Below are positions 34,187 through 47,189 of a DNA stretch of 64,000 bases, in pieces. The position numbers were made by a program, and so were the translations under genes. The notes beneath the pieces were generated by a model. That model searched no databases. It saw only the letters and a program-made list of their open reading frames with translations, and was not told the origin of the DNA. The stretch covers positions 1 to 64,000 of the forward strand of contig MU006018.1 in NCBI GenBank assembly GCA_010093745.1, given 5' to 3'. The stretch's first letter is position 1, and every line of letters starts with the position of its first letter. This DNA is from Piedraia hortae CBS 480.64. Taxonomy: Eukaryota.

Positions 34187-36137
34187 ATGTCTGTAAAAAG
34201 CCCCGTAATGTCTTCAGTCGCATCTTCGGATCCAGCGCTACGTCCCAGTTTTTGTCAAATGCCAATACAACCCTCCCCTGTCGGCTCCAGCGGAACCGAA
34301 GGCACCGAAATCGAAGAGGAGGCGCAGGATACCCAGAACGATGCCAATGTTGCCAGTCCGCGAAGCCAGAGCAGTGTAGGGAGTCTATGTGAAGTTGATG
34401 CGAGTATTCTGACTTGACAAGGACCGCCCAAAGAAACTTAAGACTGCAATCATAGATCGCATCAAGGCCGACGACGAGCCGCAGTCTGTGATTCTCGCGC
34501 CCACCGGTTTCAAATCATTTCAAACTGGAAAACGAGCCGCGCAATCGCCGGCCACCGAGAGCTCGAGCGCAACTGTTGTTTCGCTCAATTTCCCCGAGAG
34601 TGTGTCTGGCGATACAGTGGGTACAGCCGACGATGCGTTGGAAGTTGCTGACCTTCACAGGATGCAAACAGAGATATAGATCGGTCAACTTCACGCACAC
34701 CTCAAGCAAAGCCTGTCATGGAGCGCAGACAAAGGAGAGCGTCTTCTTTGCAAAGTGCGTGCCTTCCCCATTTGGCAAGTCTTGCTGACTCGTGTAGACG
34801 TGCCCGAAGAAGCAGACAAAGCCAAAGAAGACAGCGAGGGCCTGACCAAGCCTTCGTTGGAAACTGCCCTTGGCGAGTGCTGGCAGATGTGCAACACGTT
34901 TGCGAGTTTGCCTTCCCCCCACCACTCGCGCTCATCCAACGGTCAGGCCTGGCAAAGCTGCTGGCGGCTTTGTCGGCAGCTCTACGACAAGCGCGATGAG
35001 GACCTTTCGTCACAGCTGATCCCAACACTGGAGCATTGCCGTGACTTCTGTAAGGACCTCTTTGCTGCGCGAGTTCGCGGCGATGAGGCGACAGATGCCG
35101 TGTTGCGAGTGAGTTTTGAACTCAACAACCATTTACTTAACACGGACGATTCCAGCTTGCCAGAAGCTTTTCACGAGCGCACACTTGATTTTTATATTTC
35201 GCTTTGCCATCGATTAATGAAGCAGCGATTGGATTCTACGCAGGATAATGACGCCCTGCTGCGTTCGTGCTGGGCTCTGACCGAGACCCTGTTCAGCCTC
35301 CGGCAGCACAAGAAAGAAGGCGGGTTGCCAGATGTGGAACTGTTGAACTCTGCACTGCAAGCATGCTTGAACTTATCAATCCTTTTCCACAATCAAAGAT
35401 ATCAAGTTCGACCTGAAAAAAGCATCCCAAAGGCATCATTCGAAGCAAGTTTCGGCTCGCAATATACATCCAGCAGCAATGCATCTTCTCGGGGCCGGAT
35501 TACGCGCGTCTTAGGTGCACCCGAGACCCCAACCACGATATTCACTGACACCACGCCTTCCACCGCCTCCTCTCCCGATTCCGCTTATGCAGCGCCCAAC
35601 ATCCTCGTCTTAGGACCCAGCACTCACTGGTCCACGAGCAGCAGTGCATTATCAACCTACTCATACGAATCAGCCTCTTCGCAGCGAAGCTCCTCTACCG
35701 CCCGCGGCGCGGCGGGCACAGGCGGAGAAAAGGCACATCTGCAACGACTACGCTACCTTCTGCTCAAAGCGGCCATCATAACAGGCTATTGTCCATCACA
35801 AAACTTTCCCCTACCCGCGTATGTTCAAAAATCACTATCTCCCAACGCCTTTGGCATGTTACCCTGGCAGATCAAAGCCCTGGAACAGTACAAGAGGCTC
35901 GTCCTCAGCGATCGCAGCCTGATGAACCTGCACTTGCTTCCACACAGAAGACTCTCGGCGAGGGAGGTTGCGGCAGCGGTGAGTTGGCTCATTGCAGGGG
36001 AGAGTGGTGGGGAGAAGAAGTGGGCGTGGATGAGGGATTTGTTTAGATCAGTCTTTGGAATGGGGGTTGATGAGGTGGATGAAGCGGAGAGTGGGAACGG
36101 GAACGGGAAAGGCGTGGATTGGATTGAAGTTGGTTGA
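34187..36137 (+). CDS. Conserved fungal hypothetical protein
   Basis: A four-exon model with introns 34376-34421, 34617-34660 and 34755-34797 gives one continuous frame, with helical segments ECWQMCNTFASL, AWQSCWRLC and VLRVSFELNNHL. Confidence 0.7.
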
Positions 36138-36309
36138 TGATTTATGATTTGATGATGGTGTTGTATACCCCAATTTATGATTCTCGTACAAATTATCTGA
36201 GTGAGAGCTTGGCAGGCGGCGGGGTGGCTGGTGAGGAGGAGGGTGGCGAGCTGACGTCAAGCATTAACGATCCAAACACCATACCGCACACACCGATACA
36301 GGATTCAAA

Positions 36310-36746
36310 ATGTCCAAGTCCCTAAACGGCAAATCTCTCCCCTTTGTACCCCAACACCCCAGCTAACGAAAAGCTATATCCCAGTCTTCGGCAAGCCCCT
36401 AGCCCTATTCTCTCGCGAGCCCATGACAGGCTTCATGCGCAACGGCTACTGCGAGACACCAGCCGCTGACTTTGGCAATCACTCCATCGCCGCCGAGGTA
36501 ACTGAAGAATTTCTTGACTTCACCGCCCGCCAGGGAAACGACCTCCGCGTTATCCCCGGCATGAAAGGCGGATGTAAATGGTGCCTTTGTGCGAGCAGGT
36601 GGCTTGAGGCTTTTAACGCGAGAACCACGGAGGCTCAAGGTGATAAGATTGTTCCCAAGGTCTTTCTGAACGCTACTGGTGAGAATGCGTTGAAGAGTGT
36701 CAAGTTGGAGGAGCTTACAAAGTTCGCTGCTGATGAAGGTTCGTAG
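36310..36746 (+). CDS. DUF2237 family protein
   Basis: MSKSLNVFGKPL...PMTGFMRNGYC...GNDL...KWCLCASRW. Needs a GC-AG intron at 36329-36384; otherwise the start is at 36423. Confidence 0.8.
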
Positions 36747-36818
36747 AAGGGAATTGTGCAACAAAAAACTCAAGTAAGACGTTCTATGAACACAACCTAA
36801 CCCACAGACTTTCAATTT

Positions 36819-39800
36819 TCACAAAACAGACTTCTTCATAAACGAAACCAACTTCTCCATGTGTTTTCCATTCTGAAGCATGGTGAAGTGGTTGACGTTC
36901 TCGATCGTGTCAACCTTCAACTTGTCCTTACCCAGCAGATCAAGCCAACCGGCACCAGAGAAATCGGTCCTGTTGTTGAGCAACCAAAGCATCTCCCTGG
37001 GATCATCAGGCCTAATCTCCGGCTTCGGATCATCGGGACCTTTGCAGATCCCATCCTTCGCATATAGCATATACGCATCCGGCACCTGATGGGAGGAGAA
37101 CTTGGAGACTTTATACGCATCGAGCATTTTGATGAACGCGTCAAAATGCGGACGCAGCCACGATGGGGGCGCCTTACCGTTCATGCCGAAAAAGTCGAGC
37201 TGTTCGAAGAAGTCGTACATTCGCTGAGGCGGGTTCTCCAGCCCGATAGGGTTTGGAGAATCGAGCAGAATCAGCTTTGTGACCTTTTCGCCGGCTTTTG
37301 TGAGTTGCTGCGCGGCTTCATATGCCACGATCCCACCGGCTGACCAGCCGCCGAAGATGTAGGGTCCCTTCGCCTGGCGGCGTTGGATCTCACTAATGAA
37401 TTTCGCGGCGTACTCGCTCATGGTGCATTTCAGCTCAGTTGGATTGCGCATCCATGGGCAGTTCAGCCCGTATACTGCCACATCGTCGGAGATTGTGGGG
37501 ATGAGTGCGTATGAGGTTGCAGAGCCGGATCCGTCGGGGAAGAGAAAGATTGTGTGCTTGCTGTTCTTGGCGGAGCCTTGAAGCAGGACGGACGTCGCAT
37601 GCGGGCCTTGTTCGACTTGTTGCTTGGGCTTTTCGGGGACGGTGGTGCTCCTCTGGATCACGTTGTTCGCGACGAGAGTCGTCTCGACATCGTTGATTGT
37701 GTCGTTGTCGGCGAACAAAGTCGATGGGAGCTGCACGTCCAGCTTTTCGTTCAGCGTGCTGATGACGTTCAGCGACATGAGGGAGTCCATTCCGATCTCG
37801 GACAATGAAGTTGATGGGGCCAGGTCGGTGGGTTCGACGCCCGTTTCTTCGGCAATGGTTGACTTGATCACCTCCATGGTGAAATCCCCTGAGGTGGACT
37901 CGGGAGTCGTCACTCCCGTGTTGACTGACGTGTCAGAGTCGGAGAGAGTGGTCATTGGAGTCGCTGATTCCGTCAATGATTCCGTCGAAGCAGGAGCTTC
38001 GCCCATCCGACCTTCAAGGTGCTTGGTAAGGTCTTGCATGGTTGGATGCTCAGAGAAGACGGCTGAGCCGAGATCCAGGCCAATCTCCTCTTTGATCCGG
38101 CTTGAGATGCTGAGGGAAAGCAGGGAGTCGATACCACAATCGGCGAATTCTGCAGTCGGGCCAAGATCTGCATCGTCGACTCCCGCTTCCTCGATGATGA
38201 TCTTTCGGACCTGAGTAACTGGTGAAGCCTCGGACTTAGCCACCTTTAGCTTCTGCTCTAGAGCTGCAGGCGGTGCGGTAGCTGCCTTGGTTGGAACAGT
38301 TGCCGCTGGCTCTGCCGGCGAATGAGTGGGCTGCTTCTTTGGAGCGAGCTTAGCAGCGGGCTGAGTGGGTGCAGACTTGGGATTGGAAGGTAGGAGGTTG
38401 TCCAAGACTTTACGTGGCACTCCTTGGAACTTTTTTCTTGATCAGCCAACCAAACATGGATTGAGCTTCCCGTTTCACTTACCCTGACACCCTCAAACAT
38501 GCCAACCACGTTGTTGCCATCCAGAATATAGGTATCACCCGCGTACATGGCTTTGTTGACCAGCTGCATCCTGTTGTACGTCGTGTACTCCTTGCCTGCT
38601 TCCAGCGGCTCGGCAAAGCGAACATGGTCCCAGCCATGGTTGATAAACACCTGATCCTTGGAATGGATGTTGTCGTTGCCGTTCATGATGAATCCAGCAA
38701 TGTGTCCTAAGCTATCGATCCAGCAAGGGTTGTAGACATAACCCTCATTAGGAACCTGGAAGACAACCCTGGACGTGGCCTCCAGCTTGTCGCTATCCAG
38801 GATAACTTCTTGCATGCCCTTGTATCGCTGCTCGTAGTCGACGAGTTTAGAGAAGAGCAAGTACGCCAGTCCGCTCTTGAGCTTATGAGCATTTCCACGG
38901 TCCACGGCCTCATGAAGCGACTCAATACGACTTTCGATGAGGTAGGCATGTCGCTTCCACTCCTGGACCCAGCGCTGGTTTGACGTCACAATCACCGTGG
39001 CAGTTGCGTGATCAACCTTGCGTTGTGTCTTGTTATTGTGACCGAAGAACTTGAGACGAACCTCGCCTCTGGCCCAGTCTGCGTTTGCAGACACACGTAG
39101 CAGTTGAGAAGTCTCGGCGTCGGAAAACACAAGAGGGTTTTCGGCCTTCATATCGCTGCAGTCAAGCCCAATGCTGTCGGTCCACATACCGCATTGTTTA
39201 ATCATGTACTGTGCCATCGTCAAGGCAATATCGGCGTACAAGGATGATGGGCAGAGACCTGCGGAGTTGACCTTGTGTCCGGCGACGATGGGCTTCAGCC
39301 TTGGATCATGGATATCGGACTCGATGAGCAGAGATGAAGATTTCGATCCGACATCTTCGTCGATGACCCTCTGCACTGAAGGTGAGATGAACTTGTAGGA
39401 TGGAGTTGGGACAGTTTTCGGAACTGCCTCTATGCGTCCCTTGTTTGGATCATCGCCCTTGGTAATACACCAATTGTGGACGTACTGCAACCAGTAGTTC
39501 TTCAAATCCCAGGCATAAGCGGGCAGTTGGAGAACCTGTTGCGCACCGTCGAGGCCTCGGTGGTATTCGTTCCAGGAGATCTCAATGCCGCCAGTGTACA
39601 AGGTCTCTAATGCGTTCGCCATGGTCTTCCACGTATCCTCTCCTTTCTTGAGCGTGGGAATAGCAGTCGCCTCTCCAATGGTGCCTTTGATCATTGCGCA
39701 GTTGGCTGGGTGGGCGCCAATCTCCAACCAGATGGCATTGTTCGCTACCGTTCCGGAGGCAATAGCGGCTTCGACAGCACCTTGGTAGTTGACTGGGGAC

Positions 39801-42800
39801 CGACATGCTTTGCTGACGTATGCCGGATCGATCATACCCGCCTCGGTGATGACTTTTCCCTTGAGGGAGGACAGGTATGGTATCGAAGGCTTTTTGAAAC
39901 GCACACCCTGTGCAGCTTCCTCAAACTTCTCCAATATTGGATCAACTTGAGACGAATGGAAGGCATAGGGGATGTCGAGGAGGACTGCCCGATGGCCTTG
40001 CGACTCATAAATGTCCTTCAAACGCAATATCTCCGACCTTGGACCGCTGATGACGTTGTTGGTGGGCTGGTTGAGACAAGCAACTTCGCAGCTGGTGTCC
40101 TTGAGTGATGGTGTGATGGCATCAACAGCTGCACGGACAGCCAGCATGGCATGTGTCGACTCTGTGCAGTTTTCAGAGAGGAGTTTGGCGCGGAATCCAA
40201 CGAGATAGATAGCAGCGTTCGAAGAGATAACGCCTGAGGCGAAGAGGGCCGCATATTCGCCCAGACTGTGTCCAATTGTTGCTGAAGGAGTGATGCCCCA
40301 AGATCGCCACAAGCATGAAAGTGCCATTTGGACGCACAGAGCTGCAAGATGTGAAGTAACAGTGCTGTTGGCCTCGCCCTCTGTTGTGTCGGTGACATAA
40401 GGAAGAACGCTTCCGAAGCCTTGTTGTTGGCAGAGGCGGTCATATTGCAGCAGGGTTTCCTTGAAGAACAGAGACTCTTCAAACAGCTGTTTACCCAGGC
40501 CAGGATACAAGGCGCCCTGCCCAGTGAAGGTGAAGACAACTTTAGGAACTTTGGGAGGTGGAGGGATGGTCTTGAGATCCTCCTTGGCCTTTTGATTCAG
40601 TTTGCCTTCCAGAGCTGCTGTGTCAGCAGCAGAGACCAGGATGCGGAACCTATGGTGCATTCGGCGGGCAGTGGTTGTGTAGGAAAGCATAGACAGCGAG
40701 GTGCTTGGATTCGCTTTCAGGTAAAGCTCCAGTGCTTTAATATTTCCCACAAGAGATTTTGCACTCTTAGCTGACAGCGTAATGACATGGGTTTTACGCG
40801 GGTCAGTGACTTCTGGAGCCTCAATGGCCGGACCGTCTTGAAGCAACAAAGCTGTGTTCCCACCAGCTGCGCTGAAGTTGTTCAGGAAACAAGTGCGCTT
40901 TCCAGATGGCCAATCTGAAGCCTTCCAAGGTGTTGGCTCCATGGCGATGTGGACGTTGCGCTCCTTGAGGTCCAATGGGTAGTTGTGATTGATCCGGGTT
41001 TTGATGCCACAATGAGGTGGGATCTCATTGTTTTTCATCATGAGAAGGACCTTGATCAAGGACAACACACCGGATGCAGATTCGGCATGCCCAACATTTG
41101 CCTTAACCGCTCCAAGGTACAAAGGCCGGCCAGGGTTCCGTTGCTTGCCGGGCACCAGAGCTGCTAAGACGGATCTCATCTCCGTAGCATCACCGTGCTG
41201 GGTACCTGTGCCATGCATCTCGACCAAGCCAACGTCCAATGGATCAACATTGGCCTGTCGCATAATGCTTCTGAACAGAGCGTACTGATCGCCATCATTG
41301 GGCCGGGTGATAGACTCAGTATGGCCAGAATGGTTGGTTGCAGCTCCAGCAATGATTCCAAAGATGGGGTCTTTGTCGGCTAGGGCATCTTCCAGACGCT
41401 TAAAGATGACAGAACCAACGCCATCTGACCTGCAGTATCCATTGGCTTCATCATCAAACGAGTTGCAATTGCCTGAATTACACGTCAGTATTGAAAATTG
41501 CTGTGTGTGGCATATGCTTACCAGTCGTTGAAAGGAAATGGCCTCTGTCAAGCCCAGCAAAGTTGTCCTTTTGACTGTAAGTAAAAGTCAAGAAATATGA
41601 TTCATTCATCTTACCGGATTGGTAAGAATGTTGACTCCACCGCCGATTGCGGTGTCGCATTCCCCTCTCCAAAGAGCGGCACATGCTGTGTGGATGGCGG
41701 CAAAGCTTGAGGAGCATGCCGTATCGACGCTGATGCTAGGCCCAGTAAAGCGGAAAAAGTAACTATTGCGTGTGTCAGTAGAGGAAGGGCAGTTTGCGTA
41801 GTCAGTTTCTTACCTGATTCTCCCGGGCACAAAGGCTCTGTTGCCTCCTGGGATGAAATACGTTCCAATATTCTGGGCACTGTTTATTTCACGCCAATCG
41901 TCGCTGGTCACTCCCATGTATACACCAACACGGTCATGCTGCGTTGAGGGTGTCCGATTTGGCACAAAGCCAGCCATTTCCATAGCTTCGTATGTCGCAA
42001 GCAACAGCAGTCTTTGAGCAGGATCAACTCTCTCAGCTTCAGCTGGAGAAATGTTGAAAAATCGTGCATCGAACAAGCCTTCAAAATCCATTAGTGAATC
42101 ATGAAACACATTAGCAAAAATCAAACTTACCAGGCTCCTCGATAAAGCACCCATGCTTGATTCGACTGGTGTTCTTGATCTTGCCTTCGGGGTCATAGTG
42201 CGCTTCCCAGTCAAATCGATTTTTGGGTATGGGACGGTGAACGTCACGTCCAGCACGCAAAAGTTCCCAAAACTGCTCGTTTGAAGCAGCATCCGGGAAA
42301 CGACCTGAGAATCCCACAATCGCGATCGGTGAGTTGGAAAAACCCGCACTTTTCTCAGTGGGTGCCTCGAGTCGATCATTCATGCCGCTCTCTACGTTGA
42401 TTGATGCTCCATCTAGCTTTCCCTTGATAAAGGAGGCAGAGCTAGAAGCCACGGGCATAATCGTAAAGGACTTCTGCTGCGTGGAGTCCGACTCGTCCTG
42501 GGGTCGGGAAACCGCTTTATGGAGAGTCTGCAGTACCTTGTCCCACCTGACGGGTTCGCACAGTGCATCCCAAGTTGCCCGGAGCAGAAGATCTCGAAAG
42601 CTTCCAGGCTTGATCCACTGGCCTGTTGCTGGAGAAATCGAGTACATGAAAGAGGGCAAGTCGCTGCCGTGATCACCAACGATGGCTTGTACATCTTCCA
42701 AAGTGTGTAAATGCGGTGCGTGATAAGGCGCTTCAATTTTGAGGTAGGAAGCTTTCAAAGACTCAGACTCGATAAATTCCTTGATTGTTACAGGTTGACC

Positions 42801-43650
42801 ACTTAGAGTGACAGTGTTGGGGCTGACGCAGGAGATATAGAGTCTGCTGGTGATGGGCAAGTTCTTTAGAAAGTCAGCGTGGTTCAAACTTTGCACAAGT
42901 TTGCATACCCTCGATGCGTTGTACTTGTCAAGTAGCTCAGATGCTTGGATCTCTGGCATGTGGACGATAGCCGCCCAAGATCGGGATTCTTCAGCTGCAG
43001 GTTGTTCAAAGTTTCGTTGAACTCTGACTGCGTGAATTCCAGTTCGAAACGCAACGAGGACAGTCTCAACAGCAACAGGTATCAGCTCCGTAATCGTACG
43101 AGCCGCCGATATTGCTGCACCTGCAAATGCACCGGCGCATATGCCAAAAACGCAAGTATCCTTAGCATTCGGGTACACATGACTGCCTTCACCAAAGTAT
43201 CTAACACAGTGATTAACAAACCATAAGAGTCGAAGATATTGTGAATACCCACTTTATCACTCTTCCAATCTGGTAGACGACCAATAACACAAGCCTCAAT
43301 GCCGGAGCACCAGTTAGGGAGTCAAACTTCTCCAACAGTTCTGGTATCGTGGTGAAGCTTGGAAACCATCCTTGTTCCACAGCCGAAAGTGTAGCAAATT
43401 CTTGTCTTAGTGCTAGTCCGACGCGATCCAGGAAGTTTTGAAAATTTGGATTTGCCTTGTGTTGGAGTAGACGACTCAAGTCAAACTCAAAAGCGGTATT
43501 GAGATCGCCAAACACGACAACATTGTTGATGTGTTGATTCAACGAATCCGAAGCGTGCAACTCAGACTGGCCAAGGTCGTGCATACTTTGGAGTGCCAAT
43601 GTGCGATTGTCTGGTGTCGGGTCTCCAGGGCTGATATAAGACATGACCAT
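36819..43650 (-). CDS. Non-reducing iterative type I polyketide synthase SAT-KS-MAT-PT-ACP-ACP-TE/CLC (Bik1-like)
   Basis: SAT GICAG, KS DTACSSSL and HGTGT, AT GHSLG, PT GHKVN, ACPs GIDSL and GMDSL, TE GWSAG...NHFTM. Seven introns: 43201-43252, 42864-42908, 42079-42130, 41763-41813, 41568-41614, 41473-41521, 38430-38482. Confidence 0.95.
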
Positions 43651-43903
43651 CTTTCAGCACATCCTTGTGAGACGGTACGGCTGAGATCCTTAGGCGAAGC
43701 TGAAGTTGAAATCCTTCTGATATAGTGGAGCTTTCATCCTTATGGGAGATAGTGGAGCTGTAGCCGAGTGGCTTGTGATCTCCCATAATTAGTTATGAAC
43801 CGGGAGCCTACAAGTGTGGCTACAACGTGTTACGCCCGGAGTTCAGCAGAAGGCAAATGCCCGCCTGTTAGTGGCACTCCGCCATGACGTTCGGGCAAAA
43901 CAG

Positions 43904-44340
43904 CATGAAACCTCCAAAGTCACAGATCCAATAGGCTGACGGCTGCCTCGACGCGCTTCGTCTAGCTTGATAGAACCGCATGGAACTCCAGGGGTTCCAA
44001 ATCCAACATCCTGATGGCTGCCTCAACTCGCTTCTTCCACTCGAATAAAACCGCATGGATTTCCCAACGTTCCAGATCCAACAGCCTTATGGCTGACAAC
44101 GGGCTTCTTCCACACAGATAAATCCTCATGGATCCCCAAAAGTTCCAGATCCATCAGGATGTTGGCTGACTTATCGCGCGTCTTGTAATCTGATAAATCT
44201 GCATGGATCACCAAAAGTTCCAGAGCCGTTAGGCTGATGGCTGATTACACGCGCTAGTTTTTGTCAGCTCAAAATGCATAGACCCCAAGAATTTCAGCTT
44301 CAACAGCCTGACGCCTAATTCAACGCGCTTTATTTCATGT
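43904..44340. repeat. Degenerate tandem array of about six 75-bp units
   Basis: Units begin CAT(G/A) at 43904, 43979, 44054, 44127, 44202 and 44277, and share approximately TTCCAGATCCA...TGGCTG...CGCGCT...ATAAA. Confidence 0.85.
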
Positions 44341-44471
44341 AGTCATCTCAAGAGCACCAGGGACATATAAAAACTCGCTATCAGGTTTCAATGAAGTACT
44401 ACAGCTCTGCCTCATCTTTGATGTTACGAAATTTGACCTTATTGTTTCATCCTAGTGCAGTCCATCTGTGA

Positions 44472-45955
44472 TTAAATCTGTGCAGCAATGCTCGCTGGTG
44501 CTTCTGAGACTTGAATTGTACCATTTTGCAGCTCGTTCGCTTCAGTCATTGTCTGATAAGTGTCATGGCCTTTCATCGGTCGGAAGCCGTCTTTAAAGAC
44601 GGGGCTTTCGCGCACTTTATCCCAATCATGCAGCATTTTTCCGTTTTCAACCGAACACTTAACCTCTTCGCTACCACGTGGCACAAGGTCCGCCTCGTAT
44701 TTGCTGATCGCTTGTTCGAGACTACTTTTGTAATTGCAAACCTCATCGAAAGCTGCAAGCAACTCAGAAGTATCGCAAACACAGTGGTTTAAGCCTTGGC
44801 CCCTATATGGAGGCATCGGATGAGCAGCATCGCCCAGCAATGTGAGCCGGCCACCATGGTTTTCCCATGGCTGCGTGATCCAATAGCTGATGTCCGCCCT
44901 GTGTACAAGAGTGTCCTCAGGGATCCAGAGAAAGGCTGAGCGTGCCGGTTCAGCCAGCGATTGTGATTTCTCCTTGATTAGTGCAAGCCTCTCGGCATAG
45001 CTTAGACTATGGTCTGGGTTGCCGTTCCAAGCCATCGCAAGATGGAAGATCCAGCTTTCAGGATGCTCTGGGCCTTCAGGCATACTAGATACTAATAACA
45101 TGTTAGTAATGATGAACCGAACTGGGCTGGGACACTCACTCGACTGAAATGCGTGGAAAGACCGATTGCTCAGTGCAAGGTAGCTCGTGGGGAACTCCCG
45201 GCGCAGATACCGAGCCTTTTCCGCATCTCGATAACATACCGTGAGGTTGTGATGCCATATTGGGAATCGGCTCACAGCCGCTTTCTCGGCCGAACCCATG
45301 GCAAATTCACGAACCTTGGAGCGCGGCCCATCAGCACCAACAATGAGACTGCCCTTAACAAGTGTTCCGTCCTTGAAAGTGGCAATAACCCCCTCTCCAC
45401 TTTGATTGAAAGCGACATCAACAAGTTCTTTGCCATATTGCACTTTAATGCCTTCAGCGCACAGCAATCGCATCTTGCTCCTTGGCACGCGGAGGCCCTT
45501 CTGGTATGGAACACCAGCAAGTAAGTTGCCGGTTTCTCCGTCTATAAGATTTAGTGCTCATTCGTCTGATAATTTGCCAATACTTACGAATGATGGGGTA
45601 ATTCCCTACTACAAGTTAGCAAATTCTCCTCTATAGTGAATAGGACACTCACCACCGGCCTCAATCGAGATAGATGGGTTACATGACGCTTTTGTCATGT
45701 CCTGGTACACTTCGGGGGGTAGGATCTTTTCCAGTCTATCAAGTGACCAGTGAAGAGCCATTGTCCACTCATTGCTCCTTACGTTCAAGTCGGTGTCCCT
45801 CTCAAAGATAGTGTACTTGATACCAGCCTGATGATAGCATAAGCACCTCTTATTGGGGCTCAAAATAAGGAGAATGATACCTTTTTGAGACCTTGCGCAA
45901 GGACTAGACCAGAGATGCCTGCACCGACAATGAGGACATGGAATTGGACATCCAT
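44472..45955 (-). CDS. FAD-dependent monooxygenase (Bik2-like)
   Basis: VLIVGAGISGL, IVGADGPRS and LLGDAAHPMPPYRGQGLN. Introns 45828-45880, 45606-45652, 45542-45587 and 45092-45139, with an 18-nt micro-exon at 45588-45605. Confidence 0.92.
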
Positions 45956-47189
45956 CTTGGGCGTCAAGTCTGCCATTGCTTTCTGCAAAGAAGCTTCGAA
46001 TTTGGTTTAAGCCGAGATTTTGAGGCGAGCTTATCAAGATATGCACGCCAGCGCCTCTCCTTTGATGACCGTTCAAAGGATGCCCGAAAGGTGCTCCCAA
46101 AAAAAGGCACGGATCCGTCGTCCTCTGACGATATTCAATGGACCCATTTGTTATATAGTTAGCGTCCGCCACTCCTTACTCGGTTAATGACACTCAATAT
46201 CAAGTAGTCCGGTCACACTCCAATACGGGATGGTTCTTAGACTTTGTATCATTAGATAACCAGATGGGCGATAGGTCGGAAGTCCAATCCTATCCGACTC
46301 TGTACACAGAGAAGTAAGCCAATGTGGCAGCCGTGAGGTGTACGGCCGGTGGCTAAGGCTAGATAGGTGTGAATCCTCACTTCGGTTCCTTTTGGTGGTG
46401 CTTTTGTTCGCGTTGACTGAATGGAGGAATTCATTCAACGAGTAACGTGGAACCGAAAACTCCCTGATTTAACCTTGTATGAGATTGGTGATTGGAAGAG
46501 GCGATATTGATTGCGTGATATGCAGCAGCGTAGCATGGCTTGAGCTTTTGTGGGCAGCGTTCTAGGCGGTTGTAAACTTGCCACAGGACACCTTTTATCT
46601 CGCGACTGTTGAGAAGAGAGTAGTGTTCACCGGCCACACGACGAGATGATTGAGCATGCGATAGCTATGCATAGGTAGTCGGCTACAGGCACTTACCCTT
46701 GCTTCGTCTCAACCAACACCATACCTCGAGAGTGGCCGAGCGAAGATCAAGGTAGCCTGCTCGTGACGTTCAAAAAGAGCCGATGTGTCATTCGAGTCTA
46801 ATAGAGTGCGGCGCATTAACGTGGCGCCTCTATGCAGCCAGCCGATAATGGAGCGTATGCAAGTAGATCTCGCTTCTACCCATTCACACTCCCTAGTTGT
46901 TATCGTTACTGCGTCCGAAAGTTCGTATCTTCCATGATAGGGACTAAATGTTGACATCCTACGTGGGAGTAGCTTCGGATCCTTGCGGATGACACTGTTG
47001 CAGATCCTCCGCCACTAAAAACAACCTCTTGGTGGAATGCGCCACGCTCGTGTTGCTCCGTGAAGCACGATATACCATGCTTTTAGTTATGTTTGCTCAG
47101 TTTGGTGTCCAAACGCAGTGTAACAGGTCCAGACCTCACACCATTGACCCAACTGGCTCTTCTACCGACATCTGTTCACGTCAAAGACA

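Noticed and set aside
43904..44340. CRISPR-like interpretation of the 75-bp array
   Set aside because: Similarity runs along the whole unit, with no invariant repeat plus unique spacer. There are no cas genes and the context is eukaryotic.
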